In this document: one piece after another, positions 56,705 through 64,000 of the stretch
Numbering within the stretch: the first letter of the stretch is position 1
Layout: each line of letters begins with the position of its first letter
Virus record (IMG/VR): IMGVR_UViG_3300045988_115788
DNA from: a virus
DNA: 64,000 nt
Direction: 5' to 3' (one strand)
The notes under the pieces: generated by a model
What the model was told of the DNA's origin: nothing
The model's database searches: none
Seen by the model: the letters and a program-made list of their open reading frames with translations, nothing else
Translations under genes and position numbers: made by a program

Positions 56705-57787
56705 CTATCTATTAAGCAGTGTCGTTAATACTGCTCAGAGTAAAAAGACAATATTTTTTCTTTGAATGTACCATCATCTATTTGCCAATAAGGTATTCTT
56801 AATAAAGGTACATGATGAGTTTTGCAATAATAATCTTTAATTTTATCATTTTTTTGAGTTTCTTTAAAATATTCTTGGAAATGCCTTCCTCCATCAACTT
56901 CTATTAACTTTTTGTTTTCTTTATTGAAATTCAAGCAAAAATCAAAAGGAAGACATCTTTTATTGCCCCTACAATCAGTTATTTTAAATTCTCGTTTAAA
57001 AGGAATATTTTGTTCATTTAAAAAATCAGCGACTATTTTTTTCAAACTGCTTAATTTTCTATGTCCAGAAGCATCATAATCACCTGTATTCAATGCTCTA
57101 AATTTTTCAATATCTCGCAAAAAATTATTTCTACAAACAAAATATTGCACACCAAAATCGTCTTCTATTAAAATATTAGTTTTATTAAAAGTCGGTTTAT
57201 TATATCCTTTTATTTTTCTTGGTTTTATATCTTTAATAGGGGTTATTACTTTAAAGCCTTCTTTTTCAAAATCTTCTATGATTTTTTCTAAATCAAGCCT
57301 ACGCTCTTTCCAACTAGCGGAATGGGCGCATTTTGTACAAAGTCCTGGGAAAACTTGCCGTTTTAAAGTATCCCACTTTACATCGTAACGAGAATTACAT
57401 TCTCTACAAAAAACACTCACGACAATTCTTGCTTTTCCTGATTTTTTTATATTTCTAAAAGAAATCAAATGAATTTTATTATCATCACAAAACTTATAAA
57501 TTTCTTGTTTTGTTTTTTCTTGCATTTTTTACTCCTTCTTATACTCTCGCATAAGTTTAGACTATATCTTCATCCTAAAAAAGGATGTGGGGCACTTCAA
57601 GTTCACTTGAACCTTACAGATATTATTTCAATCTTAGTCGTTGAACCATATTTTTAAATCAATAAAAACTGGATGCTGATTTGCCAATTCTTAGCGTTGT
57701 TACTCTTTGGTAGCTAAGACTCTAAGGTTTGTTTCAGCAATTCACCCCATTCACTTACTTATATTACTATAAGCTCAACCAAATCAT
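56705..57787 (-). mobile_element. group I intron with endonuclease ORF in the tape measure gene
   Basis: Lies between ..SEMIDAAT and EFKKSG... Exon GCAACU pairs with guide GGUUG (+ 57776-57780). P-like GAAUUGCUGAAAC, Q-like AAUCAGCA, R GUUCAACGACUAAGA (+ 57632-57647) and S GAAGAUAUAGUC (+ 57560-57571) are present. The ORF lies 3' of the core. Ends in G (AUAG|GAA). Confidence 0.8.
56725..57525 (-). CDS. intron-encoded putative homing endonuclease (Zn-ribbon N-terminus, Vsr/DUF559-like PD-(D/E)XK C-terminus)
   Basis: 266 aa with CRECN..CTKC and, C-terminally, LPFDFCL...LIEVDGGRHF, which resembles the DUF559/Vsr-type nuclease core. Family assignment is tentative. Confidence 0.5.
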   Translation of the reverse strand: MQEKTKQEIYKFCDDNKIHLISFRNIKKSGKARIVVSVFCRECNSRYDVKWDTLKRQVFPGLCTKCAHSASWKERRLDLEKIIEDFEKEGFKVITPIKDIKPRKIKGYNKPTFNKTNILIEDDFGVQYFVCRNNFLRDIEKFRALNTGDYDASGHRKLSSLKKIVADFLNEQNIPFKREFKITDCRGNKRCLPFDFCLNFNKENKKLIEVDGGRHFQEYFKETQKNDKIKDYYCKTHHVPLLRIPYWQIDDGTFKEKILSFYSEQY

Positions 57788-58165
57788 AGTTGCGGCATCA
57801 ATCATCTCAGAACCAGTTCGTCCAACTTCTCGTCCCATAACTTGAAGCTTCTTAACGTACTTATCGAGACTGTCACCCTGTAAATCTGATACCTTTTTAA
57901 ATTCTGTTAGTGATTTATCAACAGTTAAAATTTCGTTAGCAAAAGACTTGAGAACTCCAATACTAGAGTTCAATACCATGTTTGCTTCTTGCAAAGTTAG
58001 TCCAGATGCCGCCGCACTCTTGTTCATAGAATTTAAATTCTTTGTTGCCGCAGATGTATCAAGACTGACTTTGCTTCCTTTTCCTGTTACTTTTTCAAGT
58101 TGAGATTGTATATCAGAAGTATCAAGCTCAACCCCTACCAATATCTTCCAATCAGATGAAGCCAT
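57788..58165 (-). CDS. tail tape measure protein, exon 1
   Basis: MASSDWKILVGVELDTSDIQSQLEKV... to ..GSEMIDAAT. The tool ORF then runs into intron sequence (MIWLSL*). Confidence 0.8.
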
Positions 58166-58181
58166 AGAAACATCTCCCCTT

Positions 58182-58706
58182 TCAACTCTGGAAGCGTCTC
58201 TTTTTGATAGCCCCTACTCGCACCGCGCCAATCAGAATCGCTTCGGCTACATCATCTTGAGATTTTTTTGAGTTAGGCCCATTCCAGACAAGTTCAAGAT
58301 TAAATTTCTTATTTGCTAACTCTACAGCTTTTTGTTTAAGAACTTCTCTCTTTGTATCTTCTCGTCTTCCAGTAAATATTCCCAACTCGCTTCTCCATTG
58401 ATTCGGAAAATAATATTTCATACTCAATCCAAAAGAAGAAGCGAGTCCGAGAATATAACCCTGAACTGCTCCTAACATCATCAATGTTTTTGTCCCCTGC
58501 TTTTGCAAAGGAACATCTTCCATTACAAGTTCAGTAGGACTATATTTTTTTATAATTTCTGACAAGTATTGACCTTGCCAAACTAATCTTTCGTGCCATT
58601 CTAACTTACTAGGAGGTTGTAATGTAGTATAATACACAAGCTCTGTATTGTCAAATACCGCAACTCCTGTTGAAGTTGTACTGGCGTCTAAAGCAATTAT
58701 TTTCAT
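58182..58706 (-). CDS. ruvC: RuvC-like Holliday junction resolvase
   Basis: 174 aa. N-terminal IIALDASTTSTGVAVF (catalytic Asp), LVMEDVPLQ (Glu) and C-terminal SQDDVAEAILIG, typical of RuvC-fold resolvases. Confidence 0.6.
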   Translation of the reverse strand: MKIIALDASTTSTGVAVFDNTELVYYTTLQPPSKLEWHERLVWQGQYLSEIIKKYSPTELVMEDVPLQKQGTKTLMMLGAVQGYILGLASSFGLSMKYYFPNQWRSELGIFTGRREDTKREVLKQKAVELANKKFNLELVWNGPNSKKSQDDVAEAILIGAVRVGAIKKRRFQS

Positions 58707-58737
58707 TAATCTGTTTGGTGGAGACTCGTAACTTCAA

Positions 58738-60033
58738 TCATAGAGGAGCTAAATCATCTCTTGTATCCACCGTACACCTTTCAATTAAATAAGTTTTGTT
58801 TGTTTCTTTTAATTTTAATTTCTTAAAACTGACAGAGCCTTTGTTAACCTTTTGGCCATTTAAATTTCTAATATCAAAGAAACCTGATGCCCTTCTACCA
58901 AATATAAAATATTCGTAATTCTGATATTCTACTCTATCAAAGAGTCTAAAACCTTTGACTGTATACTCAGCTTGATTACGTTTTCGGATGCCACCTTTTA
59001 ACGTATTAGCTTTATATAGCTGACGATTATGACATCTGACCTTTTTATAGTAAAAATACTCTCCACTACTCTTAGCCTTTGGATTTCCACTAATACAACG
59101 TGCATCTAAATAATGTGTCTTTGGTAGATTGTTTTTTATACGAGTGTTTTTCGTAATATAACCATAAGTCATAGAAACATTTGCATAAATTTCCTTTAGC
59201 CGATTATAAAATACCCATCTCATAACATTCATAAAGGCCGCGTGTTTATAAGAGTTTGTTATTTTTGGCTCCCAACCCCAAAGCCTATTAGCTTCTTTTT
59301 TGTGATATTTACTATCATTGCAAGTGTTACAAAGTGTAATCAGACTTGAGGGTTTGTTTGTATGGTCGCCTTTCCAGTAGGCATGGTGGTGTGTTACAAG
59401 AATTGAATCTTTCGATTTACCTTTACACCATTGACAGGTATAATTATCTCGGTGGAAAATATATTCCCTGATATTCCAACCTGTAAGCTCACCTTTCTGA
59501 TAGTCCATCCCTTTTGGAATGGGTTCACCTTCCATTTGAGCTTTAAGCAGTTGCATATCAAACGATGCTGTTTCTACTACAATTTTTGTAATAGGCAACA
59601 TCTTGTGTACTTTTTCTACCATTGCAAAATGAGTCTGAATCTTATGTTCAATACTTGGAGTCAACCAACCTTTGTGTTTGCTGGATACTCGATTGTTAAA
59701 TCGTCTTTTTCTGTAACGGGTTTTACGATTTCGCCTTGAGTGACGAAATTTTCTTCGTGCCTCAAGTAATTTTGTTATATCGTTACGAAGTTCTACATCA
59801 GCTTCAAACAATACTTTATCTTTTGTAGTTGCAGATAATCCAATATGCTTAGAACCGGCATCTACACCTAATGTAATATTTTGTATGCAATTTGTTGTAT
59901 TATACAACAACTGTATCGTAAATGGACAACGCTTAATAACCTTGGCTTTGTTTATCTTTAAAAGCCTTCTTACCTTTCCGTGTCTGTTTGTTGGCATAAG
60001 TGGTTGTCCGTTTTTGTTAAGTACATATACCAT
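58738..60033 (-). CDS. iscB: IscB (OMEGA-family RNA-guided nuclease, Cas9 ancestor type)
   Basis: 431 aa from ATG 60033 (AAGGAG 9 nt upstream). PLMP motif NGQPLMPT, RuvC-I LGVDAGSKHIG, Arg-rich bridge helix RRKFRHSRRNRKTRYRKRRF, RuvC-II IVVETASFD, HNH HRDNYTCQWC...LITLCNTCN, and RuvC-III THYLDARC. Confidence 0.8.
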   Translation of the reverse strand: MVYVLNKNGQPLMPTNRHGKVRRLLKINKAKVIKRCPFTIQLLYNTTNCIQNITLGVDAGSKHIGLSATTKDKVLFEADVELRNDITKLLEARRKFRHSRRNRKTRYRKRRFNNRVSSKHKGWLTPSIEHKIQTHFAMVEKVHKMLPITKIVVETASFDMQLLKAQMEGEPIPKGMDYQKGELTGWNIREYIFHRDNYTCQWCKGKSKDSILVTHHHAYWKGDHTNKPSSLITLCNTCNDSKYHKKEANRLWGWEPKITNSYKHAAFMNVMRWVFYNRLKEIYANVSMTYGYITKNTRIKNNLPKTHYLDARCISGNPKAKSSGEYFYYKKVRCHNRQLYKANTLKGGIRKRNQAEYTVKGFRLFDRVEYQNYEYFIFGRRASGFFDIRNLNGQKVNKGSVSFKKLKLKETNKTYLIERCTVDTRDDLAPL

Positions 60034-60042
60034 AACAAACAC

Positions 60043-60310
60043 TCCTTTTCTTTAATAGTGATATGTTGTATGCTATAAGCCAGTACATATCAAACTGTAA
60101 GATACCTTCGCCTATGTTAATAAGAGGTTTTATATCGGCAACACTGTTCCTACCCATCAGAACTGTTTAACCACCGACCTTAGAGCAAAGGGCTAGGTAT
60201 AACACCCTTTGGTAACTATATATTCTCTTTTAACGTAGTGTTTGAAACACTTAGGCTAGTCAATAAAAGCTTTTGCAAGCCTGCGACTTTAGTCGTGGGT
60301 TATTGACTAT
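60043..60310 (-). ncRNA. candidate IscB omega-RNA
   Basis: About 265-nt ORF-free region directly 5' of iscB, the known location of IscB omega-RNAs. Hand-folded helices: TAGTCAATAA (60309-60300) pairs with TTATTGACTA (60266-60257), enclosing CGAC-UAAA-GUCG and GCUU-GCAA-AAGC hairpins. The ends are not determined. Confidence 0.55.
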
Positions 60311-60771
60311 ACTAAAGGCAAACCTGCTCCTCTTGCCGCAGAAGAAAACCAACCATCTAATTGTGACTCAATCATAGTTACCAACGGTTCCCAAGCGTCT
60401 CTTGCCGCTCTCCAATAGCCATCACCAAACAATGGGCCTGACTGTCCTTGATAGATAATGTCTGCCATATAAGATGCCGCAGAACCCCATTCAGGAGAAC
60501 CGTGACTATACTCGCCGTCATAAGAAATCGCACCTTCATCATATTTAAAAGTGGCACTAACGTCTCCGCTTCCGCCACCATCTTCTGATTTCCAAGCATT
60601 ATAAAATTGTTTAGTACGACTATAATACGAAGGACTTCCCGCAGAATATACATAAGATTCAATCATTTGTTTATTGGTTTCTTCTATTTTTTTCATAATA
60701 TCACTCACTGCTGTTTTCAGTGCTTTTAATGCTGCACTTCTAAGTGCCGCCTCCGATGTAAAAACAGGCAT
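60307..60771 (-). CDS. tail-module structural protein, unknown role
   Basis: 154-aa ORF whose ATG overlaps the upstream stop (TAATG). Confidence 0.45.
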   Translation of the reverse strand: MPVFTSEAALRSAALKALKTAVSDIMKKIEETNKQMIESYVYSAGSPSYYSRTKQFYNAWKSEDGGGSGDVSATFKYDEGAISYDGEYSHGSPEWGSAASYMADIIYQGQSGPLFGDGYWRAARDAWEPLVTMIESQLDGWFSSAARGAGLPLV

Positions 60772-61139
60772 TACTTTACTTCCTCTAGTTTCTCAGACAG
60801 CGCAGGAACCATTTCAAGAGCCTTGTTAATAGTTCTGCCTAGAGACTCATTAAAAGCAATAGCCTTATACACAAGTTTCAAATTCTTAATATGATTCTTT
60901 ACTGCATCAATAAAACCACAACAAAGTAACTCGTCGTGACCATATTCTTCAAATTCTTCCATACTAATATCTACAGCATAGCAAATTACCATTGCATCAA
61001 TAATGGTTTCTCTCTCTGCCCATTCTGTGAATTGATTTACAGTATTAACAATATTTTGGATTTGTGAATATGTAAGATAAGGCTTAACACTCACATCATA
61101 TTCTTTAAGCTCGACAGGAGTAATTTTTTTTATATTCAT
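60771..61139 (-). CDS. possible tail assembly chaperone
   Basis: 122-aa acidic protein between the major tail protein and the tape measure. Assigned by position only. No slippery frameshift site was identified. Confidence 0.35.
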   Translation of the reverse strand: MNIKKITPVELKEYDVSVKPYLTYSQIQNIVNTVNQFTEWAERETIIDAMVICYAVDISMEEFEEYGHDELLCCGFIDAVKNHIKNLKLVYKAIAFNESLGRTINKALEMVPALSEKLEEVK

Positions 61140-61155
61140 CCTTTTAATCCTTTCA

Positions 61156-61557
61156 TTAGAATTTTACAAATTGTGTAGCATATAAAATTCCAAGTCCAAG
61201 TAGCGCTACAATCCAGGGGAAGTTCTTCTTAAAGAATTGACTAATGTTAAATGAGTTATCATCTTCAATTTGTTTAATTCTTTTAGACACAGAGTCAAAA
61301 TGAGCATCTGTGATAGAAGAAACCTCCTCGACTTTATTTTCTAGCGCAACAATATCATCTGACTGCTGACTTAAATTATCGTTAATTTGAGTCATAGCAA
61401 TTCTAACATCCACCATAGTTTCTGTTAATTTTTGATAAGCGGCAGTATTTTGTTGAACCATTTCTTTAAGAAAAGGTTGCGTAGCTTCAAGTTCAGTAAC
61501 TCTGCCGTTAATTTTATTAACTTTATTTTCTAATTCATGTATTATCTCTTCTGGCAT
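61156..61557 (-). CDS. coiled-coil protein with C-terminal TM segment
   Basis: 133 aa. The C-terminus FPWIVALLGLGILYATQFVKF is hydrophobic. Confidence 0.45.
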   Translation of the reverse strand: MPEEIIHELENKVNKINGRVTELEATQPFLKEMVQQNTAAYQKLTETMVDVRIAMTQINDNLSQQSDDIVALENKVEEVSSITDAHFDSVSKRIKQIEDDNSFNISQFFKKNFPWIVALLGLGILYATQFVKF

Positions 61558-61569
61558 TATTAACCCTCC

Positions 61570-61872
61570 TTATATAACAAGAATCCATTCACCGTTAACT
61601 TTTTTAACATTAACAATCTTAGGAACCTCTTCATAAGGATTACGGAAAGAATAAATCTTTCCTTTAATGTCAACATTGATTGTTTTCTTATTGCTGGCAA
61701 CAACTACGCCTTGATTTCTCCCTACTTTAGGAATATAATTTTTGGCTTGCTTACACTGTATTGGCATGGAGTTATTCGGCCTCCATCCATGTGTTTTGTC
61801 GCACCAGTACATCCAAGGACAATTATTGCCAGTAATTTTACAAATATTTTGACTTACTACATATTCGCACAT
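61570..61872 (-). CDS. hypothetical Cys-rich protein
   Basis: ATG 61872 follows GAGGTGG. The tool start at 61905 lies inside the terminator hairpin. Confidence 0.45.
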   Translation of the reverse strand: MCEYVVSQNICKITGNNCPWMYWCDKTHGWRPNNSMPIQCKQAKNYIPKVGRNQGVVVASNKKTINVDIKGKIYSFRNPYEEVPKIVNVKKVNGEWILVI

Positions 61873-61894
61873 AGTAACCACCTCAATATTAAAA

Positions 61895-61920
61895 AAGGAG
61901 GGCATATTTCAGCCCTCCTT
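61895..61920 (-). terminator. rho-independent terminator after the major tail protein gene
   Basis: 9-bp stem AAGGAGGGC/GCCCTCCTT with an 8-nt loop, followed on the - strand by TTTTTT. Confidence 0.7.
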
Positions 61921-61930
61921 AAATAATTTA

Positions 61931-63007
61931 TTATTCTACAGTGATTCGTGCGTAAGCAGGGTCAAGATTAGGATGACTACCCTTTAGAGTTACACTAACA
62001 ATAGATTCACCCTTGTTGGTTTTAGCCGTAATTTGACCTTCCTTACCTGCTTCATTAGATACTTCAACAGAAGTACCAGTAACAACAGCAAAGGTAAAGT
62101 TATCATTGCTCTTAATCTGTGCGGCACTAGAACCAGAGAACACAGCACGAACAATTAGAGTGTCTACCGCATTAGAAGACATGGTTAGCTCTGCGTTCTG
62201 AACAGCTAGAGCAACAACATTATCTTCCCAAGACTCACCAAAAATCTCTTCGGTCATAGTTCCGTAATAAGGTTCATCTTCACAAGTATCAGTAGAGGTG
62301 ACAGCTAGGGCCATACCAGTTAGAGATACAGTTGCGGCAGAGGTGGAATTTAGAGATAGTTCTTGACTCCCGTCCATTTGAAGACGAGGAATATCAGTAA
62401 TTAGTCTACCAATCTTAGGAGTATCACTAGAAGCGCCAACATCACCACTAAATAGGTCGTTAATAATCACAACGTGTAGTTCAGCAGGAACATACTGAGT
62501 CTTAATGGTGATAGAACGTGCATTGGGGTTCTGCCAAAAATACTTAATACAATAAGTTTCGTTTTGCTTAGAAGCAGGAATATTCATATTGTACTTGTTA
62601 CCAGTACCCTTGACAATGGTACCGACAGTCCAGTTTTCTTCGGTGGGCTTCTTATACCAACCAATTAGGGTACCCTCAAAAGCTAGAGGAATTTCAGCTA
62701 GCTCAACAGTACCAGCAGTCTTAACAGCAACGTCAGACTCTTCGTTGATGGACAGACCACCTTGAGTAACAGTAGTGCCTAGTGCAGCAGCCATATATTC
62801 GAGGCTAAACATGGCGTCAGTAAGAGTAACACTTAGAGAAGAGTCATGGAAATACTTGCCCCAAAGAGCGTTACCAGCGCCAGCTCTAATTTCCTCGGAA
62901 GTAATATCAAAGCTGAACGTAGATTCGGTTAGGGTTTGAGCAACGGCAAATAGTTCGTTACCACGGAATAGCAGGGCCTTACCGACACCAGCAAGGAATT
63001 TCTTCAT
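61931..63007 (-). CDS. major tail protein with C-terminal Ig-like domain
   Basis: 358 aa. Position (upstream of the chaperone-like gene and tape measure, followed by a strong terminator) and a Big_2-like C-terminal segment. Family recalled from memory only. Confidence 0.5.
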   Translation of the reverse strand: MKKFLAGVGKALLFRGNELFAVAQTLTESTFSFDITSEEIRAGAGNALWGKYFHDSSLSVTLTDAMFSLEYMAAALGTTVTQGGLSINEESDVAVKTAGTVELAEIPLAFEGTLIGWYKKPTEENWTVGTIVKGTGNKYNMNIPASKQNETYCIKYFWQNPNARSITIKTQYVPAELHVVIINDLFSGDVGASSDTPKIGRLITDIPRLQMDGSQELSLNSTSAATVSLTGMALAVTSTDTCEDEPYYGTMTEEIFGESWEDNVVALAVQNAELTMSSNAVDTLIVRAVFSGSSAAQIKSNDNFTFAVVTGTSVEVSNEAGKEGQITAKTNKGESIVSVTLKGSHPNLDPAYARITVE

Positions 63008-63024
63008 CCTAACATCATCCTTTC

Positions 63025-63849
63025 TTATTCAAATTTATTTAACATATTAGTATAGTTGTCACCCATAGATGTATTAGAAGAAGTTTTCACTTTTCCGTCT
63101 CCACCCATAGATTTGCTATAATCACCAACATCTGTGATATATCCCTCAAATTTATCTTTCTTTTTCGGGAATATCCAATGGTCAGCTTTTTCAGCTTGAC
63201 CCGAATGCAATATCAAGGCACGCGTTGTCAGAAATTCGACCTCTCCAACAACTTCACTAAATAAAGCATCAAAGCTTCTTAATGTCATTTCTAAAAGGTC
63301 TTTTTTTGGAACGCCTGTGTGAGCAGTAACTATTGCCATTCTTCGTTCTAAATTAGGCGGTTCCTTTCCTTTTGCCTTTAGTTTGTCCATGTCTTGCATT
63401 GCTTTTTTTAGGTCTGGGTTAATATATTCATCATCATATCTAGCATCATTTTGATACAAAATTATTCGCATAATTTCTTCAAAATGGTTTGGTTTAATGA
63501 CAATATCGCCATCTTGCAAATAAGGTTTCCCCTTATCATCTCTTTGTAATATAGGGTTTGTCATTCCTAGACATAATAACAATATAGTACCAAGACTTGT
63601 TGCATATATAGCGTCACTAGGAATTAACACATCACTAATGAATTGCAAATAACTCATTTGAATAATTTTAACATCATTTATTGAGTTCTTATCCATTTTT
63701 AGAATTGGTTCACTAGCGCTATATAATGCAGAATCAATTAACTTTACCGGCTTAATTTCTATAATCTTGTCCCCTGCTTTATAAGGAACAGCTTTATCAA
63801 AAGGAAAGTATGCAGTCTTTAATAAATCAATATTAACGCTCACAAGCAC
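63025..63849 (-). CDS. hypothetical structural-module protein
   Basis: 274-aa ORF with a GTG start at 63849. The start is uncertain. Confidence 0.4.
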   Translation of the reverse strand: MLVSVNIDLLKTAYFPFDKAVPYKAGDKIIEIKPVKLIDSALYSASEPILKMDKNSINDVKIIQMSYLQFISDVLIPSDAIYATSLGTILLLCLGMTNPILQRDDKGKPYLQDGDIVIKPNHFEEIMRIILYQNDARYDDEYINPDLKKAMQDMDKLKAKGKEPPNLERRMAIVTAHTGVPKKDLLEMTLRSFDALFSEVVGEVEFLTTRALILHSGQAEKADHWIFPKKKDKFEGYITDVGDYSKSMGGDGKVKTSSNTSMGDNYTNMLNKFE

Positions 63850-64000
63850 CTTCCCTTCCAGAATCTCCCATAACAGTAGACAGATAAAGTGTTACACCAG
63901 CGAAAGTTTTCTGATTACCAACAACATTTCTAGCTAATGCGTATCGACTCATATCCTCGTGAAATACCAATTTACCAACGCCGCCAACTTCAACGCCATT
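63833..64000 (-). CDS. 3' end of a - strand gene truncated by the window edge
   Basis: Hand translation of the - strand gives ..NGVEVGGVGKLVFHEDMSRYALARNVVGNQKTFAGVTLYLSTVMGDSGREGACER*, open to the window end. Confidence 0.4.
   Translation of the reverse strand, partial: NGVEVGGVGKLVFHEDMSRYALARNVVGNQKTFAGVTLYLSTVMGDSGREGACER

Noticed and set aside
60043-60306. Non-coding gaps (60043-60306, 55770-56137, 57526-57766, 13290-13540, 36682-36971) as possible tRNA genes
   Set aside because: I found no cloverleaf-compatible ~75-nt segments with T-loop GTTCGAATC-like or anticodon architecture. The gaps are better explained by the omega-RNA, group I intron cores and the DGR spacer.
60771-61139. Programmed -1 frameshift (G/GT-type) in the putative tail chaperone, including the A8 run (T8 on the + strand) at 61124-61131
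   Set aside because: The A8 run lies at the extreme 5' end of the gene (codons 3-5), not near the 3' end where chaperone frameshifts occur. I found no overlapping extended ORF in the -1 frame.

Overview
AT-rich tailed-phage genome segment with Firmicutes-like signals (AGGAGG-type RBSs, TTGACA-N17-TGnTAnnAT promoters). The left arm (1-28.1 kb, + strand) holds replication, nucleotide-metabolism and early genes: DnaE-type Pol III alpha, RecD-like helicase, NrdD/NrdG, a ThyX-like protein, dUTPase, Dcm and Dam methyltransferases, and many small ORFs. The right arm (28.1-64 kb, - strand) holds tail, receptor-binding and lysis genes: major tail protein, a tape measure of about 2,600 aa, baseplate-like proteins, four paralogous receptor-binding proteins (RBPs) with DUF4376-like partner genes, two holin-like proteins and an amidase. 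The window is unusually dense in selfish and diversifying elements. (1) A complete diversity-generating retroelement (target-VR / avd / TR / RT) sits on the - strand, with a second VR-bearing target gene 8.8 kb away. (2) An IscB nuclease with a structured candidate omega-RNA region upstream lies inside the tail module, followed by a RuvC-like resolvase. (3) A full-length TnpB element lies between an RBP gene and its partner gene, and a 5'-truncated TnpB lies upstream of the polymerase. (4) There are four group I introns, two in nrdD and two in the tape measure gene, and two of them carry homing-endonuclease ORFs. (5) The dam gene is split by a G9 homopolymer tract. All coordinates, alignments and counts were done by hand from the sequence. 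No database search was possible.
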